Below, piece by piece: positions 35,379 to 48,252 of a DNA stretch of 64,000 nucleotides. Position numbers and translations under genes: made by a program. This DNA is from Camelus ferus. Taxonomy: Eukaryota. The notes under the pieces were generated by a model. That model was given only the letters and a program-made list of their open reading frames with translations, was not told the DNA's origin and ran no database searches. Where the stretch lies: the NCBI RefSeq assembly GCF_009834535.1, contig NC_045696.1:111912001-111976000 (forward strand), in the 5' to 3' direction. How positions within the stretch are numbered: position 1 is the stretch's first letter; the number at the start of each line of letters is the position of its first letter.

Positions 35379-37188
35379 ACGGCAGTAAAGGGTACTGACT
35401 CTGTGCTGGGTACTGAGCTAAGTGCTTCAGGCGCATTATCCCCATGAGTTCTCCCCACAACCTGACTGGGGAGGAGCCCCTCTCACACCCACATCACTGG
35501 CAGTGAGTGAGGCTCAGAGACGGCCCCCAGCCTCCCGAGGGTCTTGCTATTCGTGAGGGGCAGACCTGGGTTTGAACCCAGGAGTCTGGCCCTTTCACCT
35601 CTGCACCACCCACCTAACACTGGCTGCTCGTGGGCCACAGCGAAGGGAGGAGGGCTGCCGGCTTGGGCGTCCGTGTGGGATGCAGGACTGTGGCCGCGGG
35701 AGCCTGGTGAGGCTCCCCAGGGCACCTAAGCTCCCTGAGCACTGAGCACCTGCCGCTGTGGACACAAGACCCCCTGACCCTGGGGCGACCTCAAAGCATC
35801 CCTCTTCTCGCTCCTTCTCTCCCAAAGGGCAGCAGGTGAGGGAACTGCAAATCACCGCCTGGCAACCAGACAAGAGGGGACCACGAAGCCAGCAGAGGCC
35901 AGAGCCGGCGCATCGGGACGGCTCCACGCGGTGCAGTGGGCAGGGTCCCACAGGGCCCGTGCCACCCTGTGGCCATTCCGCCTCACCACGGAACTCCATG
36001 TCGGGGTGTCCTGGGGCTTAGTTGAAATCCTACCCAGCGCCACACATTAAGCATTTGTGAGGAAAGTGTCAAAAAACCTGTCCTTGGTTGTTAATGATTC
36101 CAAGAACTCATCATCAATATCCTGGCTGATGGGCCAAAGTTGCATCTAACCTCTGGTGGCCGGGCAAGCTCCGTCCCCAGGGCCATACCTGCGACGCCAC
36201 CCCTGCTTGTGCTTCTAATACCTCATGTCTGCACAGCCTCTCATGCCTTCAGAGCTGAACCATTTGGACTCAGCTGATTCACCGGGTCTCAAGCTCCTCC
36301 CGCAAGGCAGGTGGGGTCTCCATCCCCACCTCACTTTGCCGCATGAGGCTCAAATGAGCTGAGGTTTGCAAACGCTACAGGGCGAGGGGGTGTGACAGGT
36401 GGATGCTGCTCTCAGGTCCCACTCTTCCTGCTCCTAGGTTCATCCCAGCCCCTCTCATTTCATGAGAAGAAATCGCATCACACAGACTGTCAGGATCCCT
36501 GGCACCTGTACGCCGCAGAGTAACCACTATCACTCTCCTCAGACCCGACTCCTGGGTGGACAGACAAGCTGCCAGCACAACTGCCCCCCACAGGGTCCTC
36601 TCTCCTCCTGAGAGGGATTGTGGGCGGGTGGGGTGTCTGATTATGGTAACTGAACTTGCTTTGCAGAACTGTTTATTCCAAAGCTATGAAAGATGTATAA
36701 GAAAAAGAAAAATCTCTATTTTTAAAATACCTCAAAAGCTAACCGCTTTCCCTATGCTCTGATGAACCCGTGGGGGCCAGCCTCCCCTCCCACTTCCTCC
36801 AGAGGCCCAAAAGCACACACCTTCCCAGGCAGGACACACCCCTGCCACCTCCAACGTCCCCTGTGCAAGGAAGCCAGCCCAGCCAGCACGATGACCCCAT
36901 CACCGGGGCCACATCAGGGAGAGAGGGGTGGTCACGCAGCTGGCAGAGGTCTGCGGAGGCTGGGCTGCGATGGGGCCCTCACCCCTCTGGAGTGCTGGAA
37001 GCCACAGTGGGAGAACAGCAGGGCTGCTGGGCCCTTTCCCAGGGCCACGGAGGACTCCCACACCAGCTCCGGGGAGCCCTCGGCCACCAGCGGCAGGAAG
37101 AGCGGCTGGGGAAGCAGAGCCTCTGGTCTCAAAGCATCTCATCCCATCCTCCCCGCTCACCCGACCCACGCGAGCAGGGGGCACGTAC

Positions 37189-37365
37189 CAGGATGTCCAG
37201 GCAGGCGGCCTTCAGCAAGGTGATCTGGTCTGCGATGGTCAAGCCGGTGAAGCCTGGCAGACGCTTAGCAAACTCCACGATCTTGATAATGCACTTGGTG
37301 GCCAGCTCGCTGAATTTGTCCCAGAGGCCCAGGTCCAGTCGGACTCGATGGTCAGCACTGGAATT
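37189..37365 (-). CDS. RARB: RARB exon ([27 protein letters not shown]...KAACLDIL)
   Basis: gtcag| acceptor, |gtacgt donor, 177 nt; nuclear-receptor signature FAKRLPGF..L...DQ..LL. Not in the ORF track on this strand; translated by hand. Confidence 0.97.
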
Positions 37366-37894
37366 CTGACAGGGAGAGGAAACACGGTCAGGGGTATCTG
37401 CCAGGAAGCTCGGCGGAAGTCAGGGAACTGAAGTGGGCTGACGACTCAGTCTTCACCCGGAGGCCTCGGAGGGGGTTGACTTTTTAGCTCAGATTCATCT
37501 TTTAAAAATGCTCAAAATTTTATCCCTGGGTTATCAAGTAACAGATGCAGGGAATCTCTATGCAATTACTCCAGCTCATAAACGAAATAAAGATAGGAGG
37601 AGGATTCACTGTTTTGCAACCCTGATGAATTAATGCACCCAATTCAGACGCAAGCCGAGACCACTGTCGGGTCAGACCAGCAGCCTTCCTGACGGTACCA
37701 AGGGGCCAGGTCCGGCCACGCCTGATCCACACCAGGATGTAATTTTTCACCCAAGTCAATTCGAGTTTGGTTTCTATCACCTGCAACAGGAAGAATTCTG
37801 ACTAATGTTCAGTTAGGGCCTGAGACGGTACAGGTCTGAGCATTCCACATTCTCCCCAAAAAGAACTGTCTAGACTTAGAGATGAGGTCCCACC

Positions 37895-38500
37895 TCACAG
37901 CCACCATCACCTCCTACCTGGGTTATAGGAACAGCCCCTGCTGGGCTTTCCCTCATTCTACGCTGGCCTCCTCATGGTTTGCTCTTTTCCCAAAGGAGTA
38001 CGGGGATCCTTTTCAAACAAGTCTGAGCAAATCACTGCGCTGATCAACATCTCCAATTTCTCATCTCACTCTGGCAATGTTCTCTCAATGGCCTGCAAGG
38101 CCATCCTGCCCTCTGATCATGTCCCCCTGGCTCTCCCCAACTCTCCCCCTGCTCCACAGGCCCCCTTGCTCTCGCTGGACGAGGTAGCATGGCCCTACCT
38201 CTGGGTCTCTGCACTGACGGCCCCTCCACCAGGCCTGCTCTGGCCCCAGACTCCTGCGTGACGCACTCCCCATCCTTCCAGTCTGGTCAAGCCTGATCCC
38301 CCCGCCCCCACTCTGCAGACCCTTGCACTGCCTGTAACCCCCGGCACTCCAGACCTGCTCCACTGCCAGCCCTCAGCCCCCAACCCACTCTCCCATTTGC
38401 TTCCTGTCTCCTTTGTCATTGCTGTGTCCTCAGCGTCTAGAACAGTGCCTGGCACACAGTAAGGGCTCAAAAACATTTTAATGAATTCGTGAGTGAATGA
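37895..38500 (+). mobile_element. L2a LINE 3' portion
   Basis: gccaccatcacctcctacctgg...ggcctgcaaggcc...tctagaacagtgcctggcacacagtaagggctcaaaaacat...gaatgaa, the canonical L2 3' end. Confidence 0.8.
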
Positions 38501-41500
38501 AGTTTCCCCAAGTTTATGCGTGTTTTTCAGTCTCAGGACAACTAACCTGTGAGGAGGCTGCTCTGTGCCGTGGCCTCTGCCGGCCCTGGAGGCAGACTGG
38601 ACAGGGAGGGTCCCAGGCCAGCGTCTGGGCCCTGACACATGTGGACACCAGGCACCCCAACCCCACAACACGGGTTCCTCCCCTCAATGACAGGCCGCAG
38701 AGCCTGTAAAACGAGCTTGTGCTTTTAAGGGTGGTGAGGAAAGCAGGAAAAGAAAGTCTGCACAAGGGAGGCCACGGAAGCCCTGAAAAAGGTGCTGGCC
38801 GGCCCCTCCCACAGTGTTCCCTGCAGAAAGTGGGCGAGCATCCTGGGGTGACTTCACCCCTCCCCAAGGGCTTGGCGACAAGGTGCACCCAGTGGAGTGC
38901 GAGGCCAAGGTGTGTGGCCACTGGGTCTGTAATTAAATGTACTCGGTGGTTTCTCAGGTTGGTGGGAAGATGACAGGGAAGGGGGGCAGACAGCAGGAAA
39001 TCATCTTACAACAGAGCATCCATCTGGAAAAAAAGGCACTGCGGGCACGGCCCGTGTGAGCCACATCTTCATCAGCCTCGCATGAGGCAACTTCACCACG
39101 CACCGGGCCTACCGCACCTTCTATTAAAAATAATGCACAGCCATCTTAACGGCATGTAAATCTAACTCACCATTATGCAAACTGAAGGGAAGGGGCAGTT
39201 AATAAAACACAAAATAACCCAGAGCTTTATTATACTGGGTGCTGGATTCATAGGCATGAGGTTTAAAATGGCTTATATATTATCCTCCAGGGCAGCCAGT
39301 GGAGAGCTCGGCTGGTTGGGGCAGTGATGAAGCGGGTAGGGGAGCACAGGGGCGGTGCTTTCAGAAACTGGGGTGGGGGGACGCTGGGAGAGCCGAGGGC
39401 AGAGGCAGCACCCACCCCCCAGCCCCTCCAGGCAGGATCCCAGCCCACCCTCCCCAACGCTGAACACAGGGCCGGGGCAGGGCCCCCCGGCTACTATAGC
39501 AGCAGTGGAGCCCAACCCTGCGAGGATTCCAATTAAATGGCTGTTTTGGTCACACAAGTGGATCCCTTCCTCCTGCCAGCTTGGTTCTCTGCTGCTTTTC
39601 TGACAGAAAAAGCCCCACAGGTGGCGGTGGCATCCCCAGTGTCTTTAAAGCCCATTCGCGGCAGTTCCAGGCACCACAGGGCTTTAATCAGGGCTGCCTG
39701 TCCTCCTCCTGGGCTAGAGAGGAGCCGCAGCATCTTGTAAAAGGAACAAAAGGCCCGGGCCACCTGCTGAGCTGGCTCCTTCCTGCTCAGGCCTGAAGTC
39801 CTCGCCCTCCGACCGTGCTGAGAAGTGACTTCCCTTCCAGCTGTGTGTGTAGAAGGTCCCCGCTGTCCACACGCCGCATCTCCACAGGCTGTTTCTCTTG
39901 GACCGGCCTCTTCTCTGGGGCTCACCTGGAGCCAGGCACTGTTCTCCGACCTCCTCTAATTCTCACGACGCCCCCATCTGACAGGTGTACTGTCACTGTG
40001 GAGGTGAACGCGGAGGCTGAGGCCCAGAGAAGAGAGGCAGTTTGAGCTCCAGCACCGGGCCCACCATCTCGGGCACCCTCCAGTCTCCATCCCGGCTGGA
40101 ACTTTGTTTGCTGACACCTGTCTCCTGGGTGGAGACTCCAGATGCTGAAAGGTACCCAGCGTGGCCACAAAGAGAGTGTGACATGCCAGGCCAGCATCTC
40201 TCTATGGTCAACAAACATGCGAACATACTAGCCTGTCTGTCCATCCTCAGAGGGCAAGGCCCAGAGGCCCCCAGTGCACGTTGCACGGTCCTCAGACCCC
40301 AGACGCTTTCAACAGCTGGGAGGAAGCAACTTGGCAACTGCTCTGCCAGTGCAGGGGAGCAGGGGAAACACAGGGCCGGGGCCCGGACAGGGGTCTCTGT
40401 GGGCCTGGAGTCTGGCTAGAAGCAAGGGTGACACTGTAGGATTTTCTTGAAGGTAGCGTTTCAGGGATGCTCCTGGTCCTCGACATCCAAGATTCCTGGG
40501 CTGGGACGGCCCCTCTGGACATCCTGGTGTTCTCAGAATCCTGGGCCTTGGTGGTGTGCAGGGTGTGGCCTGGGGGCCCAAGCCACAGGGTGGAGGCTGG
40601 ATCAGTGCTCCAGGTGCTGGATGTGGGGTGGCTGCAGGATCCTGCAGGTGGTTGCTCTTTCTAGTGGATGAAGGGCTCCCGACATCTCCACAGCTCCCCA
40701 TCCCGAGGGCACCTTGTGTCCCATGGAGCCTGAGATGGGTGAACGGCCGGCACACGGAGAGAAGAGGGAGCAGATGGCCCAGCTGTGGCCATGCCTCCTG
40801 GGACCACCTGGCTGTCCCACCTACGCTTACTTTTCCAGGACTGGGCATGTGGCTCTAAGAAATGACAAGGCATTCATACATGGTCAACAGGAGGAGACTT
40901 GTCCATTTTGCACGTCTCTGTGCCCAAACTGCACAAGGTGCTCTGGAATACTTTCCCCACTTAACCTCCCCAGCAGCCCCACGATGGATAACTGTTCAAA
41001 TCCCGTTACATACTCAAGGCAGCTGGGGCTCAAGTGATGGCCCCAAAATCACGCAGCTCCTAAACAGCACAGGCGAGATTTGAAGGTCTGGGGGCCCTGA
41101 GCCCGAATGCCACCGTTGCTAAGGAGGCAGTCACCATCCCTGGAGCTGGCTGTAGCCCCGCCCCTGCGCCCCCCAAGGAGTGCCCCTCACCCGCTTGTTT
41201 TTGAGGAAGGTCACTGGTTAGAAGCCTCCCCAAGGAACCCAGCTCTGAGCCTGGGTGACCGTCCTGCCCAGGCCCAGGCAATGAGGTTGGGGGACTGGGG
41301 TCCTGCTGTCCCCTCCCGTTTCTGCTGCCTCCTGGGGCCTGACCAGTATCCCAAATTTACCCTAATTAGGGAATGAAAAAGGAACTACTCTTCCGAGGAT
41401 CTGTAGGTGGGCAGCTGGCTGCCTCTTCATTCCTCTCTGCCCACGTGCTCCAAAGGCATCTGACAGGGCTGCCGGCCTGGTGAAGGCGGCCGGAAGCTTT

Positions 41501-43424
41501 CCCTCAGAAAAGCTCCGTATAGAAAATGCTCGATCTGTAACCACGGGCTTGCGGGGAATGTGTCATGGCTGCTGTTACTTATTTATATCCACACCAACTT
41601 CCAGAAGGGGTGGAAAGTTGCTTACAATAAAAACAGAGTTAGATCTGCGTAGAGAGAGCAGAGACAAAGAGAAAAGCCGAAGGAGAGGCTGCGTCCGCAC
41701 AGCCTGGGTTCCGTGCACGGGCAGTGGCATTTGCAAGACGGTCAGGCCACCGTGCGGTCAGGGACAGCCCCCTAGAGGTGGAATTTGTATGTCCACTTTC
41801 CCTGTGGAATCAAAGGAGGGGCAGAAAGTTCCTGCAGTGTTTAGGGCGGCAGGCCATTTTTGGGGACCGATGGAGCAGGAGATGGGAAGGGGTGCTGGTG
41901 GCTCTTGGGGAAGCCCCTGTCTAGGGCTAGAAGCACCCTGAAACCAGGATGTGAACACAAGCAGCTTAGTTGGAAAGCGCTCCCAGGAAGCACTGGGAGA
42001 GGAATGGGGAAGGGGACTCTTACCCTGAGAAGGAAATTGCCAGACTGTTCAGAGATACCCAGGAGGTACCCTCTCTTTGCCATTAGGTGGGGACTGCTCC
42101 CAGGAGCATCAACTCCCCAATCCTCCGCCCCGCCATGGGACCCATGCTTGCCCCAGTGGCCACAGAAAGCCCTCGGCAGGGTCCCGGCCTGCAGTGTGAG
42201 CCACAGGGATGCAGATGCCAGCAGGGCCCTGACAGGCGGGCAGGCAGCCTCACTGGCCTGGAAGCAGGTGGAATCAGATCTTTGGCAAAACAAGAATCCA
42301 AGAGGGGGCAGGAAGGTGGGGGAGGGCCCAGAGAGGCCCAGCAGAGTCCCTGGGGCTGCTGACTGACAGAGGGAGGGCTGTCCTGAACCTGTGTTTTGGT
42401 CCCAGGCCATGCCAGGGCATGTGTTCTCGGAGGGAGCAAATGTATATGTTCTCGTGTTTGCCCTGCACACCCCCAGACTAGAGTGGGTGCCACTTCACCT
42501 GATTACCAGGTAAGTCAGGGTCTGGGGGGCTGACAAGGCCACAGTAAGATAGCCCCCTGCCCCGCGGAAGATGGGTGGGGCCCCAGGTGAGGCAGCAAAT
42601 GACCCCACAGGTTATCTCTCACCACGAGACCTGGCTCAGAAGTTTCCACCTCCAGGAAGCCCTCCCTACTGTGATTTTCTTTTACTCTGCCTTTTGGAGA
42701 AAAAAGTCTGATTTATTCCTAGGTAACAGCAACCCATTATGGTGGGGGGGTTAAAGGACATGCCCCTGGAGTCACACTGTGTCCAAGTCCACTCACTGGC
42801 TGTGGGACACAAGGTAAATGATCTACCCCTTTGTGATGTGGGGGCATTAGAGCCACCTCAGAGAGTCCTCAAAAGAAGTAAAAGAATTCACGTATTGGGA
42901 GTACTTAGTGCGGCCCCTTTACAGAGTAAATGCTCAGTGAGGATTCGCTATGATGATGATGACGGTAACAATACCAAAGACCCCTGATCACAGACTGCCC
43001 ATTCTCTCCACTACTAACAGACTGATGTACAAAAATGAGGACGAGAGAGGTGAAGCCGCTTGCATACAATCGCACAGCTGGTTGGTGGCTGAGCAGGATT
43101 TAAACCACGTTCACCTGGTTCCACCAGCCCTGCTCTTGATTCACAGCAACACCCTCCTGTCTTGTGGTCCCTGGGCCTGCTTTACCTCCCAGGTTAAAAA
43201 TCAAAGCTCCCTTATGCTGCCCAGTCTCATGTCTGCTCTGGGGTGGATGGTGCCCCCAAGCTCAAGGGGGACTTGTCCACTGAATCAACAGCAGGCCAGG
43301 TCAACAGCGTCACAGACTGGCGAGTAGGGCGTGCTAGCATCTCTCCTTCTCCCTGACACCAGGGCCCGGGGGCCCAGAAGGTTGCACTGGGCCTTGCTAC
43401 GCAAAGTACGGTTCACGGCCTTTG

Positions 43425-43580
43425 TTTTGCAGAGTGTGGTCTGCAGACCGGCAGCACCAGCTGTGCCTGGGAGTGCGTGAGAAACCACTCCCCCCACCAC
43501 ACACATACCTGCTGAATCAGACCCTGCACTTTAATAACTGCCAGGTGCTTTGTAAGCGAGCTGAGGTTTGGGAAGCAGGG
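43425..43580. mobile_element. MER5A-like hAT-Charlie element
   Basis: agagtgtggtctgcagaccggcagcaccagc...cctgggag...acctgctgaatcagaccctgcactttaa...gtttgggaagc. Confidence 0.65.
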
Positions 43581-44601
43581 TTCCCGGTCCTTCCTGTGTT
43601 GGCAGGTCAGCCAGGGGACCTGCCGTCTAAGACCGGCGCCAGCTCTTTAGAAGTTCGTGCCATCAACTGTCCAGCCCACAAGCCCCATTCTTTTTTTTTT
43701 CCTGCCATCATCATTTCATCTTTTTATCTTCATGACCTTTCAAACTACTCTTTTTCTAGCACATCAGTCATCAAACCAGCAAATGCTGCCATAGTTGGAT
43801 TTTTTTTTTAAGTACATTTATAGCATCTTAGGTGAGCAACAAAAGCCACTTAAGAAGCCAGGACAACTTTCGAGTTACACTCACTCATTCAGTCCACAAA
43901 TATTTGAGTGCCTATTCTGTGCCTCACACTGGGAATATACATCAGTGAATGTAAGACATGCAAACCCCACTTTAAAAAATTAAAGTACCTCATGGCATCT
44001 CCACCGCCATCCAGACCAGCCAACGCAGGCCTGCTGCCTTCTGATTCCACCTCTCTCCTTCCCCTTTCTCTTGATTTCTAGCCTCAGCGAAGCCATTCCT
44101 AGGGGAGCACCGGGAGAAGAGGGGCCCACCGCACTGGGGAAGGTCAGCCTCCCCTGAGCTTTTTCAAGCCCCCCCACCCCCACCCTCTTCTCGGAAGCCT
44201 GGCGGTGGGGGGTGGGGAGGGGGCAATCACCGGGGTGAAATCTTCCAGCCGGAGGGCTAATTTTGAAAGATTGAGCCCCGCCCTCCGGTCCCCGCTGGTC
44301 TCTGTGCAGGTGTCCGCCACGACGCCTGACACCTCCCTGGCTTTACTCGTCCTCTTCGCCTGACTGCGGGTCCCTGCGAGCAGCACTCTCACCACACTCA
44401 CCCTCTCGCAGGGCCTCGCACGTGGCTGGGCGTGTGGTAAGTGCCTGGTCTGTGCTTCCAGAGTGAAGGCGCAGGGCTGAGTCAGAGGAAAGGCCCAACC
44501 GACTCACTGGCTGTCTGAGACTGGCCTGGAGGAGGTGACCGTGCGCTGCCCGACTCAGCCACGTCCCCAACAGGCCCAGTGCCAGGGGAAGGCGTTGGCT
44601 C

Positions 44602-44678
44602 GTGCGTTTGCCCGTGCGCATGTGCGTCTGTGTGCGCGTGCGCACGCGCGCGACTGAGTGCGCGTGCGCACTGTGCGC
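44602..44678. repeat. Alternating purine/pyrimidine (TG/CG)-rich tract
   Basis: gtgcgcatgtgcgtctgtgtgcgcgtgcgcacgcgcgcg...gtgcgcgtgcgcac, about 35 nt into the intron after the RARB hinge exon. Confidence 0.8.
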
Positions 44679-44713
44679 CGGGGCAGGCAGGTGGGCGGGA
44701 CGGGCGCGCTCAC

Positions 44714-44874
44714 CGTCGTGTACTTGCCCAGCTGGCAGAGCGAGGGGAAGGTTTCCTGGTGAGCTTTTCGGATCTTCTCTGTGAGATCGTCCAGCTCGGC
44801 CGTCATTTCATAGCTCTCTGTGCATTCCTGTTTCGAAGGCTCCTTCTTTTTCTTGTTCCTGTCATTCCTGACAG
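44714..44874 (-). CDS. RARB: RARB hinge exon ([23 protein letters not shown]...CQLGKYTT)
   Basis: tgcag| acceptor, |gtgagc donor, 161 nt; T/A-box and basic NLS. Confidence 0.97.
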
Positions 44875-46632
44875 CTGCAAACGAGACAAGACAGAGCAGG
44901 GTCACTAGTGGCCGGGCCTGCGCTGCCCGCAGCCGCCTGTGGGTGGGAACCGGTTGGAGGGGAAGGCGCCCTAAACCACACATTGCCCGAGGGAAGGGGC
45001 TGGCGGCCAGGAGGCCTGTCTTTCTGCTGTGCACGCTGCCGGCGATTCCTAAAGAAAGCTTAGCTCACCCAGAGGGCCGAGAGCTTGTTGGATTGGAGGG
45101 AACTTGCTATGTGGACTAGTTCCTTGAGGAGAGAATTATTCCTGGCACGCTCCGCCCAGTTCCAGAGGGGATGGCCTGAGAGACGTCCCGGAACAGAGCC
45201 AGTGATTCCTAGTTGGACCTTTTGGTTCATGTTGTTGCTTGTGAGTTTTCTGAATTAACTGTCATTTTTGAAGAAATTCATCTTCAAGGTGATGGGATTA
45301 TGAGTTTTGTCCCTTCATGTTTTCCTGCTTCCAAAACTTTATGTATTAATCATATTATTTATTATTATAAAGTATTTAAAAATAATAACCCATGCATTAT
45401 GAACTCGGCCTGGAAATCTGTCCGTTCATCCACCTCTTATCCACCCGCAGCCCTTGTGCCTGCATCCTGTCTGGCCCCGGGCCCTCCCAGATGTGATCCT
45501 GAACTCAGTGCTGGGTGGTCACGGCCATGGAAGCCCTGCCCCCCCCCCCCCATAGCACAGCCTCTTAGGTGACTCAGACCCAAGGGGCACTCAGAGCTCT
45601 GGCTCTGGAGGGGGTCTCTTGGGGAAGGAGACTGGCAGATAAAACCAGATTGTGCCACCCCTCTGGGCGGCCCACACTGCTGGAGACCCAGCGTTGCCAT
45701 GCTAGACGCAGTCCACTGTGCCTGCCGCTGCCCTGACCTGGGGATCTGTGCTGCCAGTGACCCACGGTATAATCTGATCCTCCTTAAGAGGATTCAGCCT
45801 GGGTCCTCCCTGAGAGCACTGGGCGATCTGAGAGCTGGCAGCTCCCTGGGTTGGGGTCTATACTTCAGGGACCCTAGGGCCACTTGGGGCCAGAGCTGAG
45901 GGCAGAGTGAAAGGCAGACAGAGTGAAAGGTGAGAGAGATGGGGAGAAAGAGGCAGGGAGGGAGGGAAAAAGCAGGGTGATGAGTGGTACTGAAAAGCCC
46001 TGGGCCCCTCACGCCTGGGCAGGGAGGGCAGCCAACACTGTACTGGTAGCTGCATCCACAGTGTCTTACTCCATTCCCTTACCAGGTAGCCAATGTTGAA
46101 CCCATTTTAGAGATGAAGAAACAGAGCCTATGGGACGTGCCTAGGTCAGCACAGTGGACGAGGCCTTTCCTCACGAGGGCTCGCGTTTTCCTAAGCAAGT
46201 TTGAAAAGAAAACCCCTGCAGGTGATTTTCTTCCCCAGGACTCTGAAATGACACTGTTGTTTGGCTCAGAACATTTCCAGATCTAGGAAGAGTGGGTCAA
46301 GACAGTTTGAGGTAACTCAGCCTCACACGCAGGCAGGCTGCTTGCTCAGAACACGCCCGCAAGTGCAGGATGCAGGCGAGGCAGCAGCGTGGTTTAATGC
46401 AGGGAGAATGCAGGGAGCACGGTCAGTATGAGAGAAACCAGACAGAGGAAGGGGGTGTGGAAGGCCGCGGGCATCCTGGTCTGGGAGGGGAGGCTGCGGC
46501 CTGAGGCTTTGTGTGAGCACCCGGCTCTGGGGGCTGGCTGTCAGAGCCCCCCACCCATCCTGGCCCTGCCGGGGACCCTTAAACACGAAAGTCCTATTTA
46601 AGCAAGATGGTCCTTCTGAAAGAGAGCCCCAA

Positions 46633-47212
46633 GGAAAACAGTTTAGCAGATCCTCCAAAAGTTAAACACATGATCCAGCAACTCCAGTGCTCAATGGACA
46701 CCCTAGAGAACAGAAAATACATGTCCGTGCAAACCTGCACGCAAATGTTCATAGCAGCGTGATTCCTAACAGTCAAAAAGTAGAAACAACCCACATGTCC
46801 ATCCACTGATGAATGGATAAGTAAAACTGGTTATCCATACAATGGAATATTATTGGCCACAAAAAGGAATGAAATTCAGATGCGTGTTACAACTCGGATG
46901 AACCTTGAAAACATGATGCTCAGTGAAGGAAGCCAGACATAAAAGGCTTCTGCTATTCATGTGACTCTGCTCATATGAGATGTTCACAATAAGCAAATTC
47001 ATAGAAAGCAGGTCAGTGGCTGCTGAAGGCGGGGGTGGGGGGATGGGCAGTGACAGCGTAATGGGACCAGGGTTTCTTTTGGGAGATGAGAATGTTCTGG
47101 AATTAGACAGTGGTAATGGTTGTACAACCATGTGAATAAACTACAGACCACCGGACCACATACTTGAAGGTGATGAGTATTACGCTATGTGAATTATGCC
47201 TTAAAACAATAA
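46633..47212 (+). mobile_element. L1MB-like 3'-end fragment
   Basis: aaatgttcatagcagc...gaaacaacccacatgtccatc...gatgaaccttgaaaacat...gggagatgagaatgttctggaattaga...tgtgaattat. Confidence 0.85.
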
Positions 47213-47959
47213 GATCAGCCACAAAGTCCCAAAGCCCTGAGGGACAACGTGAGTCACTGGACACTAGGAACTGCTCTGACCAGGATGGCACCTCGACCCC
47301 TTGACTCGGCTGTCACAGCATCACCGCCCACTGACTGCTTAGCAGGTGGCAGCCGCTGCCTTAAGCAACTGAAGAATTCTAGCTCAGAGTTCCACAGTGA
47401 ACCGGGAGGGGCGGCCGTTATAATTCCATTCTACACTCTAGAAACCTGAGGCCCAAGATCCCCTTGTTTGAAAATCGTCAAGATTTTAGTGGAATAAACA
47501 GAAAAGCAAAGAGAGGGACCACAAACACATTACCCACATCCCCTGCCAGCGGGCCTGAGGGACCCGTGTCTGCAAGCCCCCACCAAGCCATGCCCCCCTG
47601 GAAAACTAAACTCCAGGGAGAAACAGCCCCAGGGGTTACCTGGGAGGGAGGGAGGGCACGATAAGCTGCCACCGTTGAGCATCTACATCAAGCTAGAAAG
47701 TGAGAGGCTGGGGGGAAGGGGACCTCAGTGAGCACGGCGCCAGGAGGGGGCACTTGGTTGAGCTGTGCGGTGACAGAACCCACCCTCTGCAAAGCCAGAT
47801 CTCCATCTGCTGTGCTTTGGAGCCCAAGTCTGGGACACTCTCAGCAGCTGACCGGTTGCCAGGGGACCAGCGGATAACTTCATGCTCCCTTCCAGATGGC
47901 TCCTGCCCTCCGAAAGCAACGTCCCCCCAAAAAACAAAACACATATACAACTTCCACAG

Positions 47960-48150
47960 CTGCTCTGGGGCACTCACTGAAGCCCTCCCTTCATATCAGT
48001 TCATTCCATCCTCACAACCCCCTGATGGGGAAGTATTATGCCCATTTTGCAGATTAGAAAATTGAGGCACAGAAAGGTAAGGAACCTGCCCCATCCCGCA
48101 AGTGATATAATTGGGCTTTGAACTCAGAAAACCTGGCTCTAGGGTCCTTA
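47960..48150 (-). mobile_element. MIR SINE
   Basis: atcctcacaacccc...gcccattttgcagattagaaaattgaggcacagaaaggtaag...tttgaactcag. Confidence 0.75.
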
Positions 48151-48215
48151 GGCATGTCTGTCACTCTCATATGTGACACCACGACATGGGGAGTGCTGTG
48201 AAGGGGGCTTCCAGA

Positions 48216-48252
48216 GTGTGTGTGTAAGAGTGTGTGTGTGTGTGTGTGTGTG
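48216..48252 (+). repeat. Interrupted (TG)n microsatellite
   Basis: Read directly from the sequence. Confidence 0.9.

Noticed and set aside
36770..37431. 199-aa and 167-aa plus-strand ORFs over the RARB exon
   Set aside because: Antisense shadows of a GC3-rich exon and GC-rich flanks; no recognisable protein.
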